Source: Basidiobolus meristosporus CBS 931.73
Lineage: Eukaryota; Fungi; Basidiobolomycota
DNA: 64,000 bases
Reading direction: 5' to 3'
Assembly: GCA_002104905.1 (NCBI GenBank)
Contig: MCFE01000344.1
Span: 1 to 64,000 of the forward strand
Positions 1 to 12,310 of the stretch are shown here, in pieces. Below the pieces are notes generated by a model. That model was not told the DNA's origin and did no database searches. It saw only the letters and a program-made list of their open reading frames with translations. The position numbers and the translations under genes were made by a program. Numbering within the stretch: the stretch's first letter is position 1; each line of letters starts with the position of its first letter.

Positions 1-1632
1 ATATGCAACCATACAAATGCACAGACTGGATGAACTGGATATGTACTTATTCAAGTGTTGTTCTGAAGCCATTCATACCAAGAATACATCGCAAGCATTG
101 GGAGCCATATGTGGACATTGTAGGAATATTTATTCAGAAACAGATCACCAATACCAACTTGACACATCTACAGCTGTTGTGCAAGGACTTTGTGACAGGA
201 TTTGAGTGGCTGTACTACAAACATAAAGCTGAAAGCATACATCTCTGCTGTAACAGTGTAGTGGGGTCACAGCAACACCCACTGACCAATGTGCTCATTC
301 CTATATTTTCTACTTCCCTATTTCTCTACTACACTTAGTTTAGCTTTATCCCATTTGTCTTAACTGATCAGTACTATGCCATAAGCCGGCTGACTATCAT
401 ACCTGCTTACCTCATTGCATAAGTTATCCCTCACTTTGTGTAAGATTAGTAGCTGCGTGTGCTTCTATATTGGGCAAGTACCCGCACTAGTACCTGTGAC
501 ACATGATCAACCTGTGTCACCATCCCTACTGTTTCCACACCATGTATGGTGTCCCTATGTTACACAGGTTTCAGAGTACTGATTCCTGATTGGTGGAATG
601 TGCTGTGCCTCTTAGAACCTTCCTGCACCTACTTGGAATACTCTCAGCTCACTCTGATGTCATTAGAATTTCTATTGATCTTTGGAACCTTCTGGAACAG
701 CATGATTAGTAATCACTTAGCCAGTGAAAGAAGTATATGAGGGAGGCAATCCATCAACTTTGAATCATCATCCCTTTTATCAATATACCAACTTGGTGAT
801 TAGTGTGATCACTGCTACCTGCTGCTGCCTGAACTTCCAACCCCAGACCACAGGACACTCCCAGTAAACTGTGCTGATAGCCAATTGACCTCAGAGGCAC
901 TGCTTGTGAGGAATACTCAGAGTAGGTATCTTCTATTATATTTGATTCTTTCCTAAGCTTGTTCTTGTACAGGCAAGGAAACGTTTCTGTCTTTCTAACT
1001 ATTGACCACAGCTGCATTCTTATCAAGTCCCTGCTGGTGGAGTTCACAGTTGTTTTGACTTTGGAAGCTTTAGTTCACTCTCATCTCAAAGAATGCCAAA
1101 CCCAGCACATACTTTTGTTAAGACACCGACTAAGTTGGAGATTGTAGCTTAGTAGTTTTCCATTGACAAGCTTGTGGCTTTATTCCCCATCACATTAGAT
1201 TAGAGACAGAACCCAAGTATTCCTAGCAAGCTTTTGCCAGAGGTTATTGCACCCAGTGAACACCCCACAAACAAAACACTTGAGAAGTGTTGGATGTATC
1301 TCTCCCTTGGACTTATACACCACCACAATGGTATACTTTCTCTACTCCATGTTGCATGGTGTGTGGAGAATATTGGGCCTTGCTTCACCTTTTTGAAGCT
1401 TCCTATGGAGTGGATGTGTGTGGAGATAGGAAGACAAGTCAAGTTGCAAGTACTACCATATGCCAATCTCATCAAGAATATTACCTTCAAGTCTGTGATG
1501 GATGTGATGAGTTGGTACATGGAGGACATCCAGGATGAGTTGGAAAAAACTGAGGACAGATGTGCACAGGGAGACACCTATGCCTATGGAATTAAGAAGC
1601 TAAGCAACCCCAATGTGTGGGTATTCAGTTAA
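1..1632 (+). mobile_element. Degenerate CACTA/EnSpm (CMC)-like DNA transposase fragment, split by a ~1.07-kb insertion (~249-1320)
   Basis: ORF 3-338 (W..W...YS..LKPFIPR...HW...FVTGFEWLYYKHKAESIHLC) and ORF 1234-1632 (SLLHVAWCVENIGP...PME.MC..I.R.VK....PYANL) read as consecutive parts of the fungal CACTA-type transposase C-terminal motif. Assigned by motif recall, not by search. Confidence 0.6.
249..564. repeat. Possible LTR-like segment at the left edge of the insertion in the CACTA remnant
   Basis: Begins TGTAACA (249-255) and ends TGTTACA (558-564), a perfect 7-bp inverted repeat typical of LTR ends. No TSD and no second copy in the window. Confidence 0.3.
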
Positions 1633-2548
1633 GTAATGCAAAGTTGTGTTTGATGCAACAAGCCACTAATTTTTATTAGGAAAGCTCTACCATAGTATGC
1701 TGGGTTTCTCTTAGTCACAAGCCAACTTCTACACCATTCAATACAGAATTCACACTACCAAGAGCCAGAGCCCACCTATAAGGGGGACTAGAACCCAGCA
1801 GGGAGAGGAATATATTGGCTAAATACCAAAAAGTTCTTTGCAGATATTTAGAAGGAATTCATCTCAAAAGTGGTAGCAACTAAGCATATATTTGCAAGAT
1901 GTATATGATTACAGCAGTACAAGGTAGATGGCAACTTTGCAAGTATCACATAAAAAAGTCATAAGGTGAAGGTGATAGAAGTATGTCAATTGTGGCAGGT
2001 GTGCATGTTTGTAGAGGCTAGTAAGCAGTAGGCCATAGTTTTTTTTTTGATTCAAACTATATGGGGAATACCCAAGGTAGTAGTGGGTAAGCAAATAAAG
2101 CAGGGTGATTCTACAGTGGAATTTATAAGTTTCACAAGAGGAGGTAGAAAAAGGAAATACCATCTGGTAAATTGGTACAGTAGCATTGTATACAACTAGC
2201 TGTAGGCTGTAATACTGCCATGATAATGCCATTGGAGACTTGCAATGATACCATTGTTGAGTTTCTTGCCATATAAGGCAGCTGGATGTACTGGCCAGTT
2301 AGATCCATTTAAAGTGGTGGTAGAGCCCATTAAGACCACAACAATGCCACGCAATTATTGCTACTGCACCTAATAAATCCTGTCAAGTTTTTTAACTTTA
2401 TTTGGTAGTAAAATTAGCCAAACACTATTGTAATTCTGTTATAGGATTGTTAAGTGGGCCACTAATTCCAAGCTGCTGGTATTATGACAGTCTCCAAGTG
2501 GAATCCTGACAGCCAATCTGGATTGGATTCACCCATGGGACCAAATTA

Positions 2549-2760
2549 TTTTTCATAGGGAGATCTCCTGGTTTGTGATACTGGAATGATTACAACTGAT
2601 ACTCCTGGGCACTAATTCAGGTTGAATTATGGTTATAGAGCTCTCTGGATGATAAAGATTTTCATGGTTTTGCTCTGACTCAATCCAAACTGTGGGAGGA
2701 ATTGAGCTTAGATGTTTCTTATCATCCAATGTCATTTTTTGTGAAAATTTTTAATATTCA
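2549..2760 (-). mobile_element. Isolated fragment of the resident Copia family (integrase-RT linker)
   Basis: ORF 2553-2735 (MTLDDKKHLSSIPPTVWIESEQNHENLYHPESSITIIQPELVPRSI) aligns with MTSDDDENLISSPPIVRIESEQNNENFFTPEDSTTVVQPESVPRNI in the Copia at 49.3-54 kb. Confidence 0.8.
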
Positions 2761-2999
2761 TGAAACAACCCACCCTTGGTGTTATATCTTAGAGAAAAGT
2801 GTAATAAAGCTCTTGAACAGCTTTACTGAACCTAAGTGACAACTAAGTGCAGAATCTTAGAATTGTCAGAGGGTGGTGGAAATATAAGTAGAGAGGTTCT
2901 TGTCTAATATTGGTCTTGTATATAGCTGGGTTTGGCTATAAAGGCAACGGGGTTGGTTTGCTTTGCAGGCTAGGCTTGGTGTTCTTGGGAGTGCTAGAT

Positions 3000-4530
3000 A
3001 TGCTAAGCTTGTGTAGAACCTAAAATGTAATTGTTGAGTTCTTAATTTTGCTGAGACACACACTGAACCAAAAGATTCCGTATGCTTTATTTATACTTTG
3101 CTGATCTGGTAGTCTCCAAAGTGGTTGTATCTTTTCCAAACATCAAAGAAAATGGTTTTGAACCATGTAGAGCAGCAACTTTGGTGTTGATAGCATACTG
3201 TACAGTGGGAATATACTTGCCCCAATTCTTCTTGATACCTTTGATAGATTTTCTGATGATGTCCACTGAGGTCTGAACATGTCTTTCAGCAAGTCCATTA
3301 GCTTTGTGATTATACAGAGTGATAAGATGGTGATGAATAGTGCAATTCTGGCAAAGTGCTTTGATCACATGATTCACCAATTTTTTTCCATTATCCAATT
3401 GCATGACCTTAGGGGATCAAAAAAGGCAGAAGAGCCTGATTAGTGCTTAGGCAATAGTGGCAGCATACTTGTCTGGGATAGCTCTGAGGAAGACAAAGCA
3501 TGTGCAGATATCCACAATTATAAAGAGGTAGGGATTACTATCATCACTAGTGGTGAAAGGTCCAGCCAGATCAATTTCAATATAATCCATTGGAAGGCTT
3601 GCATGGATGGGACTCAAAGGGTGTGGTCCATGGCGGCTGATATTACAAAGCTGACATTCTCTGCAAGACTTGACAAATTCTAGGCTGTTGGCTTTGATAT
3701 CTAGCCAGTGAGATCCATCAGAGTATAGCTTCTTTATAAGTGTGTCAGCTCCAAAGTGGCCAAGTAACTAACTCCACTGTATCAATGTTTTCTTTTCATC
3801 AGCATGTGGGATTTACCAAGTTACTGAATCCGGTTGAGGAATTATTTTGGGAGTTGTAGTTAGCTCACTGATTATGTTGGTAATTACATCTCCCTCCCAA
3901 GGAGAGGTTGTGAAAAGTCATGAAAGGTAGTTAGGCAGGATGTTGAGAATTCATGGGCAATGAATAACTGTATACTCATAATCAAGCAGAGTATCAAGCC
4001 AGTTGATAGTCATTGGAGTCAGAGTCTTTTGACTGTGGATATAGACTAGGGCTTGGTGGTTGGTGTGCAAGTTAAAAGTGTTACCCCATAGATACTGGTG
4101 AAACTTATTCAAGGCAAAAAAAGGGCAAGCAGCTGCTTCTTGATGGCAGAGTAGTTTCCCTTGTCAGGTTGTAGGGAACTGGCTTGAAAAGAGATCCAGT
4201 GAGGCAGATTTTGGTATTCATCCTGGTATAGGACAGCTCCTAACCACACATTAGTTGCATCTGTAGCAACAACAAAGGTCTTAGTGAAGTCTGGGTAGGA
4301 TAAGGTGGGTGCTTGTGGGAGTAATTGGCAGAGGTACTCAAATGCTTAGTCATGAGCCTTGTTTCAGACCAAGGGAAGATCAGGACTATGGCATAGTGCA
4401 TTCAAAGTGGCACTTAATAAGCAGATGAGTGGTATGTGTTCCCTGAAATACTTGAATACTCCAAGATAATGTTAGAGTGGCTTAGTGCTAGTGGGTTTTG
4501 GCAATTTAGAAATATTGACCAGTTTGAAAG
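3000..4530 (-). mobile_element. Degenerate Ty3/Gypsy pol remnant (RT C-terminus, RNase H, integrase), cut at 4530 by the Copia insertion
   Basis: Minus-strand translation gives LPKPTSTK...LGVF.YFREHIP, then FVVATDASNVWLGAVLYQ (RNase H), then GHFGADTL...C..CQ and IDLAGPF, and finally HKANGLAERHVQT...WGKYIPTVQYAINT...PFSLMFG (integrase core). RT-RH-IN order; many stops and frameshifts. Confidence 0.85.
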
Positions 4531-7500
4531 TGTTGTAAAAATTTGTAATTCCACCTAAATATTTACCTAACTTAGTCACTTAAATCATTACCTTCAAATC
4601 CTAGAGAATACTAACCAAACTCCTTGTTGGGACTTACTTAGAATATTTTCACCAAAATACCAGGTACACAGAACATGAAAATTCTCAAAGTTGTCCAAAC
4701 AGCCCTAAACTTTACATACATGCTCTTGGGACCTTTCTTATCCTAGTCTATGTGCTTATTAAGCCAAGACCATGTAAAAGTATAAATACTACTTTTACAT
4801 TCAATAAATTGTCAAGTGAAAACCACATAATCTACTTGTTCTCCCAAATCACTTCCAATATCTCCAGGACTCTTACAACAGGTTATGAGCCCCAAGCTGA
4901 CACTCTCTGTATTGTCTACTACTGCTATTACTGGAATTCTTTCCTCTGCTGAAAAGTTGAATGGAGCTAACTACCAAGTGTGGAAGGCAAAGATGAAGAT
5001 GCTGCTGCAAGAAAGAGGCCTTTGGTATATTGTCATGGGAGTAGAATGCCCTCCTAATAGCATGGGAGAGGAAGCCTTGAGGTATCAGCAGAAAGAACAA
5101 AGTGCCTTTAGCTGCATTAGCCTCAATGTTAAAGACAAATTGCTAATTCAATGCTCAAGAGCAAAAATGGCAAAGAATGCCTGGAAGGCATTAGAAGACA
5201 CCTACCAGTCATGTTCAGCTGTTAAGACAATGTATCTGAGATGAAAATTCTTTACTATAAAGATGCAGCCTGGAGAAGAAATAAAAAATCTAATTAACAG
5301 AATTACCCTGCTGGTAGATGAAATGGAATCTGTGGGCATACCAGCTACTGATGAGGATGTGATAGTTACCATCCTGAATAGCCTGACACAGAGGTCTCAG
5401 GGCCTTGTATCAGCCCTAGAGTTCAGAACTGAATATTTGACCTAAAATTACATATATGGAAGGCTCCTGGATGAAGAATTAAGAAAATCAAGTGCCAATA
5501 AGAGGGAAGAAGAAAATGCTTTAATAAGCAATGATAGCTAACAAAAGAGGTATCCAAGACCCTACAAGGGCAACAGCAACCTGTTTTGCAACTACTGCCC
5601 AAGGAAAGGACATACATCAGACTGGTGTCTTAAAAAGAGAGATGATCAGCAAAAGAAGCCTGAATATGGAAATGCTGCAGCAACTGAAGATAGACTATTC
5701 ATATCTGCACTGAATATGACCACAAACAAGGATTCTCAGATGTGGTACATTGACTCTGGAGCATCTCAACACTTTAAGCACCAAAAAGAACTTTTTACCC
5801 AATATCAAGAAATTTCAATTAAGAAGTTTTTCATGGGTGACAACAAAACACTTGATGCAGTGGGAAAAGGAACTATTCAAGCAAACCTTAGAAGCAGTGA
5901 AGGAAGCCATACACTGACCTTTAAAGAAGTACTCTATGTACCAAAATAGCCAAGAACCTACTTTCTGTAAGCAAGGCCACAGCAGAAGGGCTCAGTTTCA
6001 GCTTTGACAATTCTGGATGCAGGATCACTGATCAAAATGGTGCCCATATTGCTTAGGGTATTAGAGATCAAAATCTATACAAGTTGGCTTATATTTCATC
6101 ATATCTGGAAGCCAATATAAGTAACTGAAATGAAGAAACACCAATGCTTTGGCACAGGAGATCTGGACACATCAATTTTGATTATTTGAGCAAAATGATC
6201 AAAGATCAGCTGATTTGGAGCACTGTAAAGCCTGCATATATGGGAAACAAGCCTGACAACCATTCAAGAGCTCTGGGTTAATCAAGACTAAGAAAAAATA
6301 GATCTTATTCACTCAGATCTGTGTGGACCTATGCAAAATTTATCATTAAGCAGGATGAAGTATTTAATAGACTTGTTCCATTGGATAGTGCCACATTAAG
6401 CCATGAGTGCCAAATGATGCCATAGTGTGCCAAGGAGGCCAAGTGAGTCTATACCTGGCCACAGAGTGTGAAACATTGCTCTGCATCTTCATGCAAAGTG
6501 GCCCCTGTGTTTCACCCATTGAGCTGGAGAAACTCCATTTTTTGACCTTTTTTTGGATCAATGTTGTGCAGGATGTGTAAGAGCACAAAAAGATTGAAGA
6601 TGTACATTGGGGACTCACTACCCATGGCACTCTAGATTTAGCTTGTGTAGCTTGTATCATGTCACAAGAATGCATGGCACTATCTTGGTCCATTGATACT
6701 ATCAGGCACTATATTTGAATATTAGCCCTAAAGTAAACCTATATAAAGCACTTATAGTGCCAGAGAGTACCAGTGGACCAAGATAGTGCCATGCATTCTT
6801 GTGACATGATACAAGCCACAGGAGATGTATTCAGAGTGCCATGGGTATTGAGTATCACACGCATGTTTTCAGTCCTTCTGTGCTCTCACACATCCTGAAC
6901 AATGTTGATCCAAAAAGAAAGGTCAAAAAATGGATTTCTCCAGCACAATGGGTGAAACACAGGAGCTGCTTTGCATGAGGTTGAAGAGTCATGTTTCACA
7001 CTCTATGGCCAAGTTTAGGTCTGCTATGTCTTTCTGGCATGCAATGGCACTATTTGGCACACATGGCTCAATGTGGCACTATCCAACAGAACAAGTCTAA
7101 TCACTTGTATTGATGATTATACAAGATACATGTGGATTTACTTCATGGAGAGAAAGAAAGAAGCTCTGTCTAAGTTCAGGGAGTTTAAAGCCATGGTGGA
7201 GAGAGAAACTGGTGAAAAAATCAAGAAAATACACTCTAACAATGGTGGAGAATATACCTCAAGACTCTTTATCCACTTCTGCAAAATTTATGGGATAAAG
7301 CAAGAGACTACTGTACCATACTCCCCACAGCAAAATGGAGTAGCAGAATATGCTATCAGATCAATAATTGATATGGCAAGATCTATGATCTATGATCAAA
7401 ATTATTCTATAATATTTGTGTGGAATTAGTTGCAACTGCTATATACCTTAAAATAGGAGTTGTAATAGAATACTTTGTGATTCTATTCTATATGAAGCAT

Positions 7501-9762
7501 GGTATGGGTTCAGACCAAGTGCAGAACATCTAAGAATATTTAGGTGTATAACATATGCCAAGAAACAGCCTGGAAATCAGTCATGATTTTAGCCAAAAAG
7601 TGTAAAATGCATATTTTTGGGCTACTGCAACAAGAGTAAGGCATACAGACTCTACAATGCCAAAGCAAAGAAGCTGATCAAGTCCAGGGAAGTGTTTTTT
7701 GATTAAAATTCAAAATTTTCACAAAAAATGACATCAGATGATGACAAAAATTTGATCTCAAGTTAACCAATAGTCAGGATTGAGTCAGAGTAAAACCATG
7801 AGAATATCTTCACTCCAGAGGACTCTACAACTGTGGTTCAGCCTGAAGCAGTGCCCAGTAATATCCCAGAAGTGATCATTCCAGTATTGAATGCCTGGAG
7901 ATCCAATTGGACAAGAAATAGCCCAAATTACTATATCAATGAGGGTTCAAACTAAGCCATGCCTATTCAGTCCATATTGATGAACCCCAGACTGTAAAAG
8001 AGGCCCTAAATAGCCCTCAGACAAAGTTTTGCAGATCTGCAATGACTGAGGAATATCAGGCCCTGATGGAAAATCAAACTTTGGACTTAGTCAAACTACC
8101 AATCAACCAAAAATCAATTGGATGCAGATGGGACTTTAGGACAAAATACTAGGCTGATGGTTCAATTGAAAGATACAAAGCAAGACCTGTGACCAAAGGA
8201 TACTCTCAAACAAAAGGACTTGACTATACTGAGACCTTTGCACTAGCAGCCATGTTTAATTCCATCTGATTATATTGGCTATTGCAGCCAAATGCAAGTT
8301 TTTTATACATCAAATGGTTGTAAAAATTGCATTTTTGAGTGGAGAACTTGATGAGAGCATATATATGGACCAGCCTGATGGGTTTGCTGGCCAAGATAAC
8401 CCCCATTTGGTCTGCATGCTTAAAAAATCTCTATATGGTCTCAAACAATCACTGAGAGCCTAGAATTGCAAGATAGATTCTTATTTGGAGTCTTTGAGCT
8501 TCAAAAGGAGTAGTGCGGACTATAGTATATACCATAAGCCAGATAGGGCAAATCCAGTTCTATTAGTACTATATGTGGATGATCTTGTTATAGCCACCAA
8601 TAACCTAGAAACTTTGGAAGAGACTAAATCCAGCCCATCTAAGGAGTTCAAGATGTCCAATCTAGGAGAACTCAGTTACTACTTAGGGATTAAGTTCTCC
8701 ATAGACAGAAGTACCCAGACTATCACCCTAAGCCAATCCAAGTATATTCAAGATATACTAAAGAAGTACCAAATGGAAGACTGTAAGCCCACAGCTACCC
8801 CAATGGAGACAAACCTTACCTTGGTCAAAACTCAACCAAATCAAGAGAGCTTGGTGCCATCTGAAAGCCCTTACTTTCCTTATCAATGTATGGTCAGCAG
8901 TCTGATGTATTTCATGCTTGGAACACGTCCAGTTATCTCATAATGAGTGGGAGTTATCAGCCAAAATAATCAGAACTATGGATCTGATCATATTGCAGCA
9001 GTTAAGCAGATTTTTAGATACCTAAAAGGAGCTGCTGATATCTGCTTAAGATACACATATAAGGATTCAGAACAGGATCTTGGGGGATACTCTGGTGCTG
9101 ATTGGGGACAAAATTTGGAAGACAGAAGATCCACCACCAGATACACCTTTCTTTACTGTAAAGGAGCAATTTCATAGAATTCAAGAAAGCAACCAACCAT
9201 AGCACTTTTTACCACAGAGGCAGAGTATATGGCAGCCTGTGAAGCTACAAAAGAAGCAATGTGGTTAAGAAAGCTTTTTACAGATTTAGGCCTATGTCAA
9301 AAAACACCTATTACTTTATTTCAAGATAATCAAGGATGTATTCAACTAGGTAGAAATCCAACTTTTCATGCTAGAACTAAGCACATAGATATTAGACATC
9401 ACTTCATATGTGAAGCTATAGAGAATAACTTAGTTAGCTTAGTTTACTGTTCTTCAGATGAAATGATTGCCAACATATTTACCAAACCATTAGCTAGAGA
9501 CAAGTTTGAATATCTTAGGTCAAAATTAGGACTAGTCAGTATGAACATTTAGCTGAGTGGGAGTGTTGTAAAAAATTTGTATTTCCACCTAAATATTCAC
9601 CTAACTTAGTCACTTAGATCTTCACCTTCAAATCCTAGAGAATACTGACCATATTCCTTGTTGGGATTTACTTGGAATATTTTCACCAAAATACCAGGCA
9701 CCCAGAACATGAAAATTCTTAAAGTTGTCCAAACAGCCCCAAACTTTGCACACATGTTCTTG
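4531..9762 (+). mobile_element. Decayed Ty1/Copia retrotransposon (copy 1): 5' LTR 4531-4880, PBS 4881-4892, broken gag-pol 4885-9552, PPT 9555-9563, 3' LTR 9564-9762 truncated
   Basis: Colinear with the intact copy at 35979-40665, but with many stops and frameshifts, a 31-bp deletion between CAGCTAATTT repeats (~6205) and a 730-bp insertion. Confidence 0.95.
6369..7098. mobile_element. Non-autonomous foldback/MITE-like element (730 bp, ~345-bp inverted arms, ~40-nt loop) with 3-bp AAT target-site duplication
   Basis: Ends AGACTTGTTC...GAACAAGTCT, flanked by AAT (6366-6368 and 7099-7101). Removing it and one AAT restores the Copia sequence TATTTAATCAC. A perfect 35-bp inverted pair lies at 6658-6692 / 6774-6808. 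Confidence 0.9.
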
Positions 9763-9812
9763 TTGTTCACCTAACTTAGGTGAATATTTAGGTGGAATTA
9801 CGAAATTTACAA
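9763..9812 (-). repeat. Inverted fragment of the Copia LTR 5' end fused to the truncated 3' LTR
   Basis: The reverse complement reads TTGTAAATTTCGTAATTCCACCTAAATATTCACCTAAG, matching the LTR start. The junction is the palindrome TTCACCTAA-C-TTAGGTGAA. Confidence 0.85.
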
Positions 9813-10071
9813 AACCTTCAATATCCTCACAATAAAGCTCTGTTGGGCCGTAAGGTATAATCATATAATTTACTATAAATTTAATATAGTGGCACTGCGG
9901 AGTAAGTTAAAAAGAAGCAGTAAGAATCATGAAGAGCAAAATGGCTGATTTGGACGAACGAACTCAGAGGAACACTGACCAAGCGGGGAAGGATCAAAGT
10001 CATCTGGCATCTCGTGTTGATATGCATATCGAGTATAAAAGGCGGGCGAAAGTGGGGGAATACAGAAGTAT

Positions 10072-11794
10072 TCAGAGAGTGAAGCGAAAAGCGGACTTCT
10101 TGGACTCGCTGGTAGTCACCATAGACTCATCAAGCTTCCTGTTTCGAGACGCTAGGTAGAGGCGTAACATACATGCGGTTATACTCACCAGCAAAAGGGC
10201 CGTTAGATTCACCAAGTGGCTCCGCAGATAGCGGGGAGCTTCATCATGACGGTAGAGTTGACCAGCAACAATACCTATGCAAAATTGCTCAGCATCTTGT
10301 GGGTCTAACTGGTGGATTCACCTACCTCCGAAACTCCCAGCCGTAGTGGTCATGGCAGCCGCAGTGGCGGTCTTTGTTCCGCCCACCACGTTATTTGTGA
10401 GCCAGCTCATGATGATTGCATTGTACGAGAATGCACCCAGAGTGGTGAGGCAGGCACCAGCATACAGCGCACGAATATCCTTCAATAGTATGAGCATGAG
10501 AATGCCGCAAATCCCGATCAGTGGTTGAAGGATGACATGGACTGAACGTTTACGGCGTTTATCCGATACGTAGGACATCATCATGGCAAACATCGCCGCA
10601 ATGATGAAGGGTGGCGCAGAGAGTAGCAACGCTGCCATGTTCGTGATCCCGAGATCCCGAAGAATCGTTGGAAGCAACAATGCAATGGAGGCCAAGGTCG
10701 TAACCTGCGTAAAGTAGATGAGCATACATATCCAGACCACCGGATCCTTTAGTGCATCTTGGAACTGAGCTTTCTCGAATCTGGTGGTCAATTTGTCTCG
10801 GAAATCGTTCCTCAAGCGAATCTCCACCAATGCTTTCTCCCTCTCGCTTAGCCAAGACGCATCAGCCGGTGAATTCGCCATGTAATACCAAGTGGCCATG
10901 CCAAGAAGGATGGTAGGCACCCCTTCCATGATGAATATCCACCTCCAAGCCGCCACGCCTTGATGCCCATCCAAATGGGCGATTCCATAGGATATGAGAC
11001 CACCGAAGGCATTCGAAATGACACTCACCGACATGAACAATGCAAATCTCAAACTCTGTTCGTGTCGCGTGTACCAAAAGGTCAGATAGAATATCAGGCC
11101 TGGATGTAGTCTGACCAAAAACCGTTTGTTAGAGGGGCTCGAGTGAATCAAGTAGGAAACATACGGCAATACCCTGCCTCAGTGATCCCAAGAAAAAGCC
11201 GGACTGTCAACAACCCAGCAAAGTTCTGTACGGTGGCAGTCAGCACTGTGCATAGCCCCCAGGAAACCATGATGATTGCGATCCACCTTGAAGGGCTAAA
11301 CTTCTTGAGCAAGAGATTCGAGGGCACTTCGCAACAAATGTAGCCTATATGTAGTATGTGAGCATTCGGAGACTAGGATATTGGGTCGACAGGTGGCGCA
11401 TACTGATGTAATAGATAGACAAACACAAAGAGAACTGGCTTGGGGAAGTGTGGAGATCGGCTTCAATCCCGGTCAATCGGGCGGTCCCTACGATCCCCAG
11501 AAATCATCAGTGCATGCTACCACGCAAGCAGGCAAGCATCGATTTACCAATGTTTCCGCGGTCAAAGGCATAGAATAAATAGAGTAGAGTGATATAGGCT
11601 AGAACATGGAAGTCGATCTTCCGCACCAGACGCCTCTCTTCTTCGGGTGTAAAAAACTCGCGGTTTGGATCGTCCTCCTTGAAACCTATCACTGTAGTGG
11701 CCCCGAAATCCTTGGCTACGTAATCGTACTCTTTCACGACAACCTTGGGGGCCTCAGTGTCGGGATATTGAGAGGGGATTTCGGAGGCTTTCAT
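10072..11794 (-). CDS. MFS transporter, anion:cation symporter family (DAL5/TNA1-like), multi-exon
   Basis: EERRLVRKIDFH...FDRGNIG|TARLTGIEADL...CEVPSNLLLKKFSPSRWIAIIMVSWG...EAG; ORF 10318-11169 contains AWRWIFIMEGVPTI; last exon ends KSAFRFTL* at 10072. Confidence 0.9.
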
Positions 11795-12310
11795 TGTTTC
11801 TGTAGTCGACGGGACAGAGCAACGATGCTTCTATTTAAAGATTTCTGGAGGAACTGCTTTCACCTGTTTCAACATCCTGGGACAAAGACTACCAATGGCT
11901 GAGTATCGCGTCGCATACAAGAATCAGCCTTTTGCATTTTTCCTGAGATCCAATAGTAGGTCAGTTTGCGCAGGTGGATCGCCTTCAATTCGTCAGAGTC
12001 AGCTGTGTTTCTATCTAACCTTTGCGAGCATCATGCAGCATGCACGCTTGAACCCTAGATGGAAGAATTGTCTGGTACTTTTGGGCGGTTTGAATGGCTT
12101 AGTTACATTCATAAACGAATCTAGATCAACGAGAGGAATTTGCTAGCTGGAGTGCACATGTATCTTCCAACCCAATTCTGAACTCTTGATTGATGGATGA
12201 TGGATGATGAGATTGCACTGTTTTGGCTGGAATTTTTAAGATTTACTCTAATTGTTGATGGCTGAACGTCCTTTATTCTTCCTTCGTTTCCATACCCGTC
12301 TGATCCCTCA

